Position numbers and translations under genes: made by a program. Below the pieces are notes generated by a model. That model was not told where the DNA came from. It ran no database searches and worked only from the letters and a program-made list of their open reading frames with translations. Below, one piece after another: positions 39,712-53,400 of a stretch of 64,000 nt of DNA. Position 1 is the first letter of the stretch, and each line of letters opens with the position of its first letter. The stretch covers positions 173,476,001 to 173,540,000 of the forward strand of contig CM069131.1 of the NCBI GenBank assembly GCA_035221665.1, in the 5' to 3' direction. This stretch comes from Okamejei kenojei (taxonomy: Eukaryota).

Positions 39712-41301
39712 AGAGCTGCCAAGTTTTGTCAGAGCATTTCACTATTCTAGTACCTGAAAATCAGTATTTTGCTGAGGAAATCAGTATTTTTGTGCGGTGC
39801 CATTTTGCTGAATTTTTCGCCTTGTAGGATGTATATCCCCTACTAACTTACTGATAAAAAGTTAAAACTAAACCTTTCAATGGACCTGGAATCAATACCT
39901 CTTTCTGTTCTGATGGGTTAGAGTTCAGAAGAGAGTTCCTACTATACTGCATGGGGTCTCGCCCTGAAATGCCACCAATTCATGTTCTATAGAGACGTTG
40001 CCTGATTTACTCCAGCACTTTGTATCCTTTTATGTACTACCCAGCATCTGCAGTTCTTTATTTCCCCATTTTGCATACTCCATTCTATTATGAACATCAG
40101 ACCAGAGAAGAAATGTTGTATAACTTCAACAGAATGAAGCGTCAATTCCTTGCTCTTCACTTCAAGGGAATAAAAACTGGATAACAATAAACCAGCTCCT
40201 CCAATATAGTTTGGGAAACTGAATAGTTAAATGTATATAATGAAAGCTCTCTGCAATTTTTAATGTTCACAAAAGAAAGTAAAAGAACATTACAAAGTAT
40301 CTACATATCGTCATCTACTAGCTCTAGCCTCTCCTTACTTACATAACTGGCCAGTTATAAAAGTCCATGGATAATGATTTATAGGTTTAGGATGAACTGA
40401 ACGAGTAATGAGCTCGGTATTCCGACTGTGCATGCCAGGTCATAGGTCACTCGCTGTAAACATTGCTGGGTGCAAATCTGCTGTGTGTTATCTTTGGTTA
40501 TCAGACCTTTGTTTCAGTGAGTGCTTTATGCTTCGTGCTGCTCCCTGGGGTCGGGGTCCGTGGTCGGGTACCCCCTCCCCCGGATGTCCTGTCCCCATCC
40601 GGAGGCGGCTGGCGGTGTCGGGCAGGACTCACAGCCGGCGCCGGTTCCAGCCCGACTCCCGGGGGGGCTGTCAGCTGGCGGGACGGGGACCACCGGCTGT
40701 GCCCCTCTCCCTCTCTCTCAGTGACTGTCGGTTTGCCCCCTCGGTGGATGGCATGTCATTACAGTGAGTCCTCGGAGCTGGCATAGGCAATCAATTCCAC
40801 TGGAGCGGCTTGTAGTCTTCCGGCATCAAAGGCCCTGCTGGTGGAGGGCGTTGTGACTGAAACGGAGAGGTTTGGTGGTGGCAGGGGGCTGAGTGCCGGC
40901 CACCGGCGGGGACGCACACAGGGCGCCATGACGGGCCGGGCAACATCTCCGGAGAAGGGTCTCAGCCCGAAACGTCACCTATTCCTTTTCTCCGTGGATG
41001 CTGCCTGTCCAGCCGAGCCGCCGCAGCAACCCTGCCGATGGCTGGAACTTGGCCCCCGCCGGCGCCATGGGGGTTGGCTGGCGGCCACAGGGCGGGGACA
41101 TCCGGGGGGGGGGGGGGGGCGGAGGAGGGGGTGCGGTCCAGCGGCGGCTCCGCAGCACACGTGGCACCGGGGACACGGGCCCACCCCTTGGTACGGATGA
41201 GGCGTGGGTCTGTGCGTGGCTCTCTCGCTGTTTACACATCTTTTTACACATAAATCATGAATAAAGATAAGGATTTACATACAGTTTACGCAGCCAGCTC
41301 T

Positions 41302-41690
41302 TAGAAACATAGAAACATAGAAATTAGGTGCAGGAGTAGGCCATTCAGCCCTTCGAGCCTGCACCGCCATTCAATATGATCATGGCTGATCATCCAACTC
41401 AGTATCCCGTACCTGCCTTCTCTCCATACCCTCTGATCCCCTTAGCCACAAGGGCCACATCCAACTCACTCTTAAATATAGCCAATGAACTGGCCTCAAC
41501 TACCCTCTGTGGCAGAGAGTTCCAGAGACTCACCACTCTCTGTGTGAAAAAAGTCTTTCTCATCTCGGTCTTAAAGGATTTCCCCCTTATCCTTAAGCTG
41601 TGACCCCTTGTCCTGGACTTCCCCAACATCGGGAACAATCTTCCTGCATCTAGCCTGTCCAACCCCTTAAGGCATCTAGCCTGTCCAACC
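41302..41690 (-). mobile_element. CR1 3' fragment
   Basis: Same family as the 34816-37381 copy. (CATAGAAA)n tail. Confidence 0.9.
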
Positions 41691-43703
41691 TCTTCATTCG
41701 CTTTTTCTTTATTGCGAGTGACCTTTGACAAATCCCATGATACCTTGCTTTTTTCGGAATACCGAACTCACTTATTCTTCAGCAATTTGCAGTAAGGCTT
41801 TTACATGATCGTCCCTTGTGGCTGAATTCATATTTCAAGCAGTGTTCTTTCTCTAGACCTATACTCTTACATTTGTACCTTGCGTCTATGATTTTAGTTT
41901 CAGTTTTATGGAAAATGTAAATAATGTCACCTTTCACTTAAAATGCTCACCTTTAAAGTTGAAATGGGCAATCAATAACCTAAAGGTGTTATGCCCTTCA
42001 TGCAAATGTACACAATAAATCTGGTTTTAATCAACTGTCTTTATTTTACTGGGATATAAAAATGTCCTCATCCAGTCTTTCAAACAGATATCAAGCCACA
42101 CAAAACATGATTATTACTGTAGCCATGGTTGGTTTAGGAATGATTAGTTTGAACAAAACTGAACAATAAATAACCAAACGGAAAAACCTGAATTCAATAA
42201 AAATTGTAATTACTCAAATATGAGTTTCTGAACACTGATTTCCCTTGCAGCAGTTCCAGAAAAGATCAATACTTTAAGCTATGTAATTCTTTGAAAATAC
42301 GTTCTGTTAATGAAAGCACACCAGGACACTGCACATTTAACAGCATCATGTCTATCTTCAAGACCTGTGAAATTTGGAAACAGCAAAGCTGCAGCCCAAA
42401 TATGTAATTCTTAAGAGGAGTCTTTAGCACTAATTCAGTGGCCTTGGCATGTCTTGGTGTGTAATATTAAGTCTAGCATCAGCATCTCCTCGCCATATGG
42501 TGCTGCAAATGAAATGATATCCATCTCGGCCTTGTGCAGCCATTCACTAAATTCTATTGACAGAAACAGCAGGATTTTATTACTTGTAAAAATCATGTCT
42601 TTTTCTTTTTTTTGTGGCAAAAAGAATGGAAAGCACTCTAAAATATAAAATGTTGCATCTTGTAGGCATTTTATATTGTACATGTACTGTTTTCTAGTTA
42701 GGTTCTGTGATGAACAGAGGATTATCCAGTTAATATGTCTGTGAAGACATTTGCCCCATTACAATTCTGCCTGAACATGCACATAGGGCTTTCAATTAAC
42801 CAAATGACTGCTCTTGCAACAACACTGCATTCCCTCAGTACCTGCACTAAAATGCCAACACTGGTAATTATTTTCACTGCAGCTGCAGGTGAGCCGATTG
42901 AAATAGGAAAACAATGCAAAAGAGTGTTTTTTGATTGAAAGAATAGGAATAGGCAATTTTAGCCAAATGGTACTATTAAAACATAGAAAATAGGTGCAGG
43001 AGTAGGCCATTCGGCACTTCGAGCCAGCACCGCCATTCAATATGATCATAGCTGATCATCCACAATCAGTAACCTGTTCCAGTTAAACAGATACAGAAAA
43101 TCAAAGACCAGAAAGCGTACAGGCTTATGTTTGCTAAAGACATTTGTAGAGTCATACAGCATGAAAACAGGCCCATCTTGCTCATGCCGACCATGATGCC
43201 CCATCTACGCTTGTCCCACCTGCCCATGTTTGGCCTGTATCCCTCTAAACCTTTCCTATCCCTATACCTGTCCAAATGTTTTTTTTAATATTTTCATAGT
43301 TTGTGCCTCAACCACCTCCTCTGGCTGCTCATTCCATATAACTGTCCTGGCAGCATCTTCACAAATCTTCTCTGCACACTTTCCAGCTGAATGGCAGGGT
43401 TCAATTGCGTGAGGTGTTAAAATGGCAGTTTTAGAACAATAAATTATTAGAACAATATCCAAGCGAAAGGAAGCTTTGCCAAAACTTAATACTGAGCCCC
43501 TAACACGGATGTTATGGATAGCTCAGAAGACCATGTGTTAGGAAGGATGCCGTGACCTTAAAGAGCGAAGGAGATTTGTTGGAATGATAGAATGAAACCA
43601 GGGAAATAAATACATCAGCTGCATTAAAAGAACAAGTATGTTTGTTCTCCTGAAGAGTGAAAAGGTCAAGAGAAGATTCGAACAGGAAAGGTTTAGTGGG
43701 TAA

Positions 43704-44190
43704 CTAGACCAAGTGGGACCCGTTGGGCCCCATTCCCCAAATGCAATATTCCACCACTCACCCGTTCCCCCAACGTAACCCGTTTCCACCACTCACCCGT
43801 TCCCCCAACACAATATTGCACCACTCACCCATAGCCCCCAACTGTGCAGGCGCAGCTCATATCCCCTCATCCCCCAACACTCCTTCCCCCTCTTCGTCAC
43901 TCTCCCTCTTTTCGCAACTCTCCTCTTCCACTCCCTCCCCTTTCCCCAACCCTCAGTCACTCCCTACCCTCAGTCATTCCCTCCCTCCCTCCATAACCCC
44001 TCTCCCCTCCCTACCCCGTTGGGTCCCGTTCCCCCAACGCAATATTCCACCACTCATCCTTTCCTCCAACGCAACCCGTTTCCACCACTCATCCATTTCC
44101 CCAATGCAACACATTCCCCCAACGCAATATTCCACAACTCAAACATAGCCCCCAACTTCACAGGCGCAGCTCATTTCCCCTCATCCCCCT
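43704..44190 (-). mobile_element. Helitron-like non-autonomous unit (same family as 31800-32911)
   Basis: Minus-strand GGGCCCAACGGGTCCCACTTGGTCTAG end and shared internal GAGTGGTGGAATATTG repeats. Confidence 0.72.
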
Positions 44191-45289
44191 TTAATCTAAA
44201 GTTCATCAGTAGCTAATGACACAGATTTATGGTCATTAGCAAGCGTACCAGAGTCTATGTGCTTTATTTTGATATGGGAGACCTGATAGAAATATATAAT
44301 GCTATGACAGGCATAAACAGGGTGGACAATCATAGGCTTTTTCCCCCAGGGTGGAACTGTAAAGATTAGACGGTATGGCTTTAAGATGAGAGGGGCAAAA
44401 TTTAAATGAGGAAATGTGCAGGGCAAGTTGTTTTTGTTTTACTCAGAGGGTGGTGGCTGCCTGGAAAGCACTGCCAGGGGTGGTGGTGGAAGCAGCTACT
44501 GTAGTGGTGTTTAGGAGACTTAAATAGGCACAGGGTCATGCAGGGATTGGAGGGATATGGATCACACACAGGCAGAGATGATTGGTTTAACTTGGCATCA
44601 TGTTCAGCACGAACATTGTGGGCCGAAGGGCCTGATCCTGTCCTGTACTGTACAGTTCTATTTTCAGTCCACAGTAAGTAATAATCTGGAATGCACTGCG
44701 TGATCGGTTGGTGGAAGGAAGATTCAATAATGGTCTTCAATAGAAAATTGGAGAGAAAAAAAATGTGCAAAATTACCAGAGGAGTGACACTAACTGAACA
44801 GCACTGTCAAAGAGCTGGTGCTGGGATGAATGGCCAAGTTGCCTCTTAATATGCTCCATCATTCAAGAATTCTGCAATTTCAGTTGCAAAATATTGTTGG
44901 AATAAAATCAGTAGCAAAAAAAGGTAAATTATAGTCTACATAATCTTTTTATTAATTAATGTTTAACTCCCAAATTAGTACATAATTGTAATTAAAGTAA
45001 AGGAATGAAAGTGCTGATTCAATTTCAAATTAAATTATCTGAACGCATCATGAGAAATATATGTGCTATATGTAGAGATAATCAAGAAGCAACTTTTTTG
45101 TGCGCTAAGTTCTGTACTCGATCTTCCAAAATTGGTTTAAATTGAAGTCAATTAAGCCACATTTCACATGATCATAAACAAACAATGACTGTATTTGCAA
45201 GTTTAGCACAACCACATATTACTGTGAAAGTGATACAAACAAGAAGCATTACAAAAATAAAATAAAAAAACACTGGATCATGTCCTTAC

Positions 45290-45479
45290 TTGTTGAACAC
45301 TCGTTTCTCCAGCCTTGATCGAGATGTGTTACTCTCCTGTTTTAGGTCAGTGAGATTTGGATACTTTTTCTTTTTTCCTTTTCCCTTTTTCCCTTTTCCC
45401 TTTTGGTCACATCTTGAAGAGCCAAGATCTACTCCTGTGGCAGCTTCAATCTCACGCATTAATTCTGGATCTCGCCAGT
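45290..45479 (-). CDS. UVSSA: UV-stimulated scaffold protein A, penultimate coding exon
   Basis: CAG acceptor and GTAAGG donor. 190 nt encoding (D)[62 protein letters not shown]. Phases fit both neighbouring exons. Confidence 0.94.
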
Positions 45480-45769
45480 CTGTCCGGGAAGAAACACCAG
45501 TGAATTTCCAACAAGAGTAAATATGATGCTTGCTTTTTTAGTTTCAACCCCGATTCAGTTGTGACTCCAACTCCAGAGACATTTGTACACATTCAAACTA
45601 TTAAAATTGAAGTAAACAACAAGATAAATAAAAATAGTCAAATACAAAAATAATTAAATTATTAAGATTTAAAACTTTTATCTTCTCTTTTGTCGCAAAG
45701 CTACAGGACGATGATCAATGAAAAGACATCTCCGATCCATTTTACAGCCAAGTGGAAATAAACTTTATT

Positions 45770-47906
45770 AGAAAAATAGGAGCCAAGATTAACCATTCTG
45801 AACTGGAGGAATTAAGAGCAAGCTTGCTTTACCAGAGGGAGCTGAGAAATGCTCTGTGTTCTGTTTCACAGAGACATGGCTCACCCCCAGCTCCCCAGAC
45901 TCAGCAGTCCAGCCTGAAGGTTTTTCTCCATCCATCGCATGGACCATACACTGGCATCTGGAAAAGGGAGATGGGGCGTCTGCCTCATGGTCAACTCTGC
46001 TTGGTGCTCAGACATGGCAGTCCTATCCAACTCCTGCTCTCCACACCTGGAACACCTGGTTGTGAAGTGCCATCGACCTACCGAGGGAATTCACCTCCTT
46101 CATCCTGACCGCGGTCTACATCCCTCCCCAACCAGATGTTCATCTGGCACTGGGGGAGCTGAATGCCGTGGTCAACAAGCACCAGACGTCTTACCCCGAG
46201 GCATTTACCACTATCGCCAACCTTAAGAAATCACTCCCTAACTTCCAACGACATTTCTCCTGCCGCACCAGAGGATCAAACACCCTCGACCATCAAGGAT
46301 GCCTATCGCTCTACGGTGCTCTACCATACTACGGTGCTGCTTCTTCCTGCCTATAGGCAGCAATTGAAGAGCGCACCCCCAGAGGTGACGATTGTACAGA
46401 GCTGGTCGGGGGGGCAGAGGAATAACTCCAGAACTGTTTGGAGTCTGTAGACTGGGCAATGTTCAGGGACTCGGCAACAGACCTGAATTAATACGCCACA
46501 GTCGCTACAGACTACATAAAGAAATGTGTGGAGGACTGCATCCCAACAAAAACCTTCCGAGTGTTTACTAACCAGAAGCCTTAGATGAACTATGAGATCC
46601 GCATTCTTCTGAAGAACAGATTCCGGGCATTCAGGTCTGGAGATACAGAGGTGTACAAGCAGTCCAGATACTACCTTGGTAAGGCCATCAAAAAGGCCAA
46701 AAGGGACTTCTGCTCCAAGCTGGAGGATGAGACGGATGTTCGGCAACTGTGCTGGGGCTTGAATGCAATCACTTCCTATAAGGCGAAATCAGGAGGCAGC
46801 TCAAATGTCAGCGATGCATCACTCCATAACGAGCTTTGATAGGGAGTACACTGATGTGCCTTCCCGAGCCCCAGTCACAGAGGCCTACGGCAGAAGGGGC
46901 GAACCCTCGGAAAGCACCTGGACCTGATGGTATACCCGGGCGTGTTTTAAAACCCTGTGTGGACCAACTGGCTGGTGTATTTACGGACATTTCCAACCTC
47001 TCACTTCTGAGGTCTGAGGTTCCCACCTGCTTTAAAAGGGCATCAATAATATCGGAGCAAGGTGACTTGCCTCAATGACTATTGACCAGTGGCACTAACG
47101 TCTGTGGTGATGAAGTGCTTTGAGAGGCTGATCATGGCGCAAATCAACTCATACCTCGACAAAATCCTGGACTCACTGCAGTTCGCTTACCGCCACAACA
47201 GATCAAGGGTGGATGCGATCTCACTGGCACTCCACTCCTCTCTGGACCACTTGTGCAACAAAAACTCATATGTCAGGCTGTCATTCATTGACTACAGCTC
47301 TGCATTTAATACCATCATCCTCTCCACGCTGGTTACCAATTTCTCAGATCTGGGTCTCAGCGCATTCCTCTGCAATTGGATCCTCGACTGGGCGTGCATG
47401 TTTCCGAATATTTCTCCTGGTCCCAGAACACTGATTCAATTATAAAGAAAGCACATCAGCGCCTGTACTTCCTGAGAAGATTACGGAGAGTCGGTATGTC
47501 AAGGAGGACTCTCTCTAACTTCTACAGGTACACAGTAGAGAACTTGCTGACCAGTTACATCGTGGCTTGGTTCAGCAACTTGAACGTCCAGGAGCGGAAA
47601 AGGCTGCAAAATGTTGTAAACACTGCCCAGTCCATCATCGGCTCTGACCTCCCTACCATCTAGGGGATCTATCGCAGTTGCTGCCTCAAAAAGCCAACAT
47701 CATTAAGAACCCACACCATCCTTGCCACACACTCATCTCTCCGCTGCCTTCAGGTAGAAGGTACAAGAACCTGAAATCTGCAACATCCAGGTTCAGGAAC
47801 AGCTTCTTCCTCACAGCCATGAGACTATTAAACAAACAACTTCAAACAAACTCTGAACTATGTCCTATCTGGGACACATGACAATAAACTCTCTTGACTT
47901 GACTTG
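45770..47906 (+). mobile_element. Rex1/Babar-type LINE, degenerate
   Basis: [40 protein letters not shown] and [10 protein letters not shown] motifs. Tail CAATAAACTCTCTTGACTTGACTTG. Confidence 0.88.
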
Positions 47907-48219
47907 CTCTGATACAAATTTGCAATAAATAATAAAATGCTGTAAATCTGAAATATTGCAGGTCATTTTACAAAATATCTAAGCAGGTTTAAGTTTATTA
48001 TTGTCACATACTGAGGTACTATGAAAAGCTTTGTATTGCAAGCTATCAAATCAAATCAGATAATACCATACATGAATACAGCAGGCCAAAGTACATAGAA
48101 GGATAAGTCGCAACCTTGCCACTCCGTCGTCTCCCCTCTCCCATCAGGGAAAAGGTTTAGAAGCGTGAAAATGCACGCCACCAGATTCAGGGACAGCGCG
48201 CAACAAAAGCTTTCCAGTG

Positions 48220-49680
48220 TTCCTTCTAAATTCCAGTGGATACAAGCCCAGACTGACACATTATTTCATCACATGTCAGTCCCGCCATCCCGAGAATTAA
48301 TCTGGCGAACCTACGTTACACTCCCTCAATAACAATAATGTCCTTCCTCAAATTGGGAGACCAAATTTGCACACAATACTCCAGGTGCAGTCTCACCAGG
48401 GCCCTGTACAACTGCAGGGGAACCTCCTTGCTCCTAAACTCAAATCCTCTTGCAATGAAGGCCAACATGCCCTTAGCTTTCTTCACTGCCTGCAGTACCT
48501 GCATGCTTGCTTTCAGTGACTGATGAACAAGCACACCCAGGACTCGTTGCACCTCCCTTTTTCTAATCTGACACCATTCAGATAATAATCTGCCTTCCTG
48601 GTCTTCTCAACAAAGTGGATAACCTCCCATTTATCCTTATTATACTGCATCTGATATGCATCTGCCCACTCACCCAACCTATCCAAGTCACCCTGCAGCT
48701 CCACAGCATCAGTGGACACACTGTTTTGTTAAAGAAGGAACTGCAGATGCTGGAGAATCGAGGGTACACAAAAGGCTGGAGAAACTCAGCGGGTGCAGCA
48801 GCATCTAAGGAGCGAAGGAGGTAGGCGACGTTTCGGGTCTAGACCCTTCTTCAGACTGGTCAGGGATCAGGGAAAAGAGAGATATAGACGGTGATGTGGA
48901 GAGATAAAGAACAATGAATGAAAGATATGCAAAAAAGTATCAATGATAAAGGGAACAAGCCATTGTAAGCTGTTTGTGGTGTGAAAATGAGAAGCTGGTG
49001 CGACTAGGGTGGGGGAGGGAGATAGAGAGAGAGGGAATGCCAGGGCCCGAGGGCTGAGGGAGAGGTGGGAAGGGGAGGAGACAGCAAGGGTTAACAGAAT
49101 TGAGAAAATTCAATGTTCAAGCCCAAAGGATGCACACTGATCTGTTTTGTAGTCAATGCCTACTATGTTCTGTTGTGCTGAAGCAAAGCAAGAATTCCAT
49201 TGTCCTATCAGGGACACATGACAATAAACTCACTTGAACTTGAACTCATCGCAGCTCACACTGCCACCCAGCTTTGTGTCACCCACAAACTTGGAGATGT
49301 TACATTTAGTTCCCCCATCTAAATTGTTAATATATATTGTAAATAACTGGGTTCCCAGAACTGACCCTTGCGGCACCTCAATAGTCACTGCCTGCCATTC
49401 TGAAAATGACCCGTTTTTTCATACTTCTTGCTCCCTGTCTGCCAATCAGTTCTCTATCCAGGTCAATACCCTACCCCCAATACCATGTGCTCTAATTTTG
49501 CCCACTAATCTCTTGTGTGGGACCTTGTCAAAGGCTTTTTGAAAGTTCAGATACACCACATCCACTGGCTCGCCCTTATCCATTCTACTTGTTACATCCT
49601 CAAAAAATTCCAGAAATTTAGTCAAGCATGTAAATCTTCGTAAATCCATGCTGACTTTGACCGATCCTGTCACAGCTTTC
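48220..49680 (-). mobile_element. CR1 fragment with a nested Rex1 tail, itself interrupted by a Penelope-like copy (48730-49133)
   Basis: CR1 RT motifs on both sides. The Penelope-like copy is nearly identical to 20910-21342. Confidence 0.85.
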
Positions 49681-50189
49681 CAAATTCAAAAGGACAAAAT
49701 ATGCAAATAAACAAAAATATAAATACAAGACATGGATTGGAAGTGGAATAAAAGGTCAGATTATGTGGCATGGAAGAGGGAACGATTGGAAGTGAGGGAA
49801 CTGGGAAAGATAACAATGAGAAAAACTGTTGAAGTAAAGAGAAATAAATGCTCAAGAAATTGGGAGCAATATTATGGAATCCAGAAAAAAACGTGAGTGT
49901 GAGGATTAACGGCGAACAAGGAGGAGTGTGGAATTATTATTATAAGAAGGGGAAGTGTGGTGATATGTGTAGTGGTTAGGGAATGTGGTGGTGGAGCAAG
50001 GATCAAAATTGCAGTATAAATTGGAGTACACCATCTCAGAATAAATAAGTGAGGGAACATATTGATTTTTGTTACAGGTATTCAAGAATTATCTGCCAAG
50101 GATAATAAACCTGGAGACGAACTGAGGATGTTTATACGGGATGCCATCAAATGGAAAGACCAGTTATACAAAGAGATTGTGGAAATTTC

Positions 50190-50482
50190 ATTTTTAGTTT
50201 AGAGTTATAGCTTGGAAACAGGCCCTTCAGCCCACCAAGTCCGCCTCGACCTGTAATTACCCATACACTAGTTCTATCCTACACACTATGGACAATTTAC
50301 AGAAGCCAATTAACCTCCAAACCTGCCCGTCTTTAGAGCGCGGGAGGAAATTGGAGCACCTGGCAAAAACCACAGGGATTACGAGCGAGAACGGGACAAT
50401 CTCCGTACAGACAGTACCCATAGTCAGGATCGAACCCGTGCCTCTGGCACTGTAAGGTAACAACTTTACTGCTGTACCACCC
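50190..50482 (-). mobile_element. tRNA-derived V-SINE
   Basis: Reverse-complement B box GGATCGAACC and V-domain. Confidence 0.8.
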
Positions 50483-53400
50483 CAAGAATCTGAGATTGTT
50501 CTTGGAGCTGTGAAACTCCAAGTTTATTAAAAACTTGGAGTGAGCAAATAAAACGTTATTTTTGCATTGGGTCGATCATTGGAATTTGTGGATTCAAAAT
50601 AATTGGCACACAAACCAAACTGTGCTGTGTGTCGTATTTATTGTAAAAGGCAGGGTTAAAGCAGATTCTAGGGCAGCTTGCAGGTATTTGATGCAAATGC
50701 AGGGTTTTGGGGAGAATAATGAAGGGAGACGTTAAGAAGCTCTTTCAAAATAACAGGTTGAAAATCATGTCAGGATAGGTAAAATTGATGTAATGGAGCT
50801 CAATAAATATTTGAGCTTCCATCACCTCACCAATGAACACAGACACTACAGCGCATGCAAAATCCGCTCCTTGGATTTCAGGAAGAAAGGCATGAACTGA
50901 CATGGTTCTTTTTACAGTCTGCACTTGGATAGATACTGCGATTCCCACAGGGTTAAATCAGCCCTAAATGTCTTCTATAAATGGACTGCAGTGAGATAAG
51001 GCGGAAGAGAAAGTGAGGAGTCCATGAAGAAAGTTGTTCCAAAAGATTTATTTAACCTTGAAAGAGATTAAATACAAAGTGACACAAGTCAAAAAATGAA
51101 ACTATTAATCTATGATTAAGACCAAAATAAAGCACAGTTAGGCACAAGACCTTCCAATAACAACAAGGCGGTTTCAGCTTAGAGTTCCATGAATGGGACA
51201 CTTGTATAAATATGGCAAAAAATACTGGGGCCCAGTCAGTATGAAATGAGCATTTCAACAAAATGAAAGACCAATTTAAAAGCCTTTGAAAAGAAATCAA
51301 TAGTGTGCCAAGGAAGAACAGTCTTTAGAGCCTTGATGGACCCTAAAGCTCTTCATATAGTGTTGCTGACTTTACTGATGGTGAAAAAAATTACACAGTT
51401 TGAGAAGAAAAATCAATACTGTAGTTAGTAAAGCGATGCTATTTCACATCTGACTGGCCAGAGGCCTGCCTTCCCGCAGTTGTCCTGATACCTGTTTGTT
51501 AACAAGTCACTAAAGGTTGAAAGACCAGATATTCTTGAGTACTGACACAAAAAATAGGTACTTAATTTGCTCCCATGTGCGAACCACTGAAAAGGATGAA
51601 AGCTTTAGATTTGTAGCTCACTGTGCTTTATCATTGATTCATGGTATCAATACCTAAATCATCATTACCAGGGGTATTTGCATCACATTAAAACGGCTTT
51701 ATGTAAACAATGAAAACTGGGAGAGTCAAGTGATTTAGAAAGGATCAGACTGGAGGAAGCACAACTGTTCAACGCACATTCGCTGCTGTCATTCCCAAAT
51801 AGATTGTAATACTGTTATGTCTAAGTTCATTCACTGTGTCAAACGGTATTTGGGATTCAATCTATTTTAAAATGGAACACTGAACACTTCAAACTGCTGA
51901 ATTCCGACTAAATTCCCGGTTCAAAGCCACCTGGAGGCAACCAGGCAGCTACAGCAAGGATCACAGATCATGTATGTGCCCACCAATGTGATGTTAAAAT
52001 GAGCAATATTTAGAATTGAAAGTCAAAATCTTGAAACGTGCATTGTACAACATTGAAATTATATGACCCCTGACCTGCAATAAACATCAACAGCAAATAC
52101 ATGCCATAGTCAAATATTTTTCAGGAGTTATATGGCGTTTCCAGTGGGCAGCTCCCTCGAAACATTCCCAAAATTATTTTGTTTATGCATTTTTCTGGCT
52201 GTCTAATTATTTGAAGTGTAGACATTGGGGACAATTTCAACTAAGAAAAAATACCGTAATGCACATTTGTACTGCAGGACAGCACAACAGAAGATTTGGC
52301 AATATAAATGCATAATTGCAACAATCTATTTGCAGCATAAAAGAAAAAGTGTTAATGCCTGAAATCTGGAAAGATTCTGCTGAAGGGTTCACCAATTGTT
52401 CTCTCCTTTGCATTTAAAGTATGTATCAATATGCCCCATATTTTCACACTACATCCATCGCATATTTGATTTAAAGACAAGACTGAATGATCAAAACACC
52501 TAATACAAGTTATTGGCAAAATTTCAGCGAGCAATGCAGTTCAGTGAGACCATAAGAGTGTAGAAATTTAAGCTGCCCTGACACTCTCGTGGGAATGGCT
52601 TATTTAGGGTGTGGCCTAATTCTTACATTGGGAAGTGCTGGGAATATACTATAGGTCAGCCAGCTTTATTCATGTGACAGAAATTTTAAAACTCTTACAA
52701 AAGAACCTGAAGATTTAGCATTCATTGTACTGGGTAAAACTGTATTTCATAATTGAAATTCATCAATTTAAGAACTGTCTTAGTAAATCTAATTTCCCTC
52801 CTTGTTTCAGATTTGTCTGATTTATATTAAATACAGAATTCTTCAAATATCAATGAGCCCTGGCTCTGCAATGCAATCTGAAGAAACTTAAGCTTGGTCA
52901 TCCGGATAATTGGACCTCTTTTTTTTTTTTGCCTGGGGATGGGGGAGGATAGCTCCAACAGGTAAAGACCTGCTCACTCAGTTATTCAGACTTAATAAAA
53001 CTCCTGACCCTACGATGCTGTGGGTGGTGCATTCCTCAGTTTTCTCTCGGCTCTGAACCACAGAAGGAATGAAGTTTTAGGCTTGACGAAAGGCAACTTG
53101 CGACCACGGGGGAAGCCAAGCTGCTGGAAGAGGAAAAATAAAACAAGTTGTGCTGAAAGCATTTGTTTCTAATCTGCTTTAAGACCAGGTGCCACATCAT
53201 AGATGGGTCTGGCCTTCCGATGCTGACTTACAAATATTAACAGGTGGAGCCTACAATCAGTGACAACTCTGACAAAAAGCAAAATGTGTTGGAGGCTGCA
53301 CTTCATTTTTCTGCATGTCACCTAGTATTGAAGATACATTATTAATCAAGATAATTAATAAAGTTAAAAAGGGAGTTGGAAAATGAAGGTGGAATGGAAT

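Noticed and set aside
40408-41264. Cluster of 70-120 aa ORFs on both strands
   Set aside because: High GC content suppresses stop codons. The ORFs are low complexity with no domain motifs.
45290-45520. Plus-strand 76-aa ORF (and the similar 54025-54375 ORF)
   Set aside because: Antisense shadows of real minus-strand UVSSA exons.
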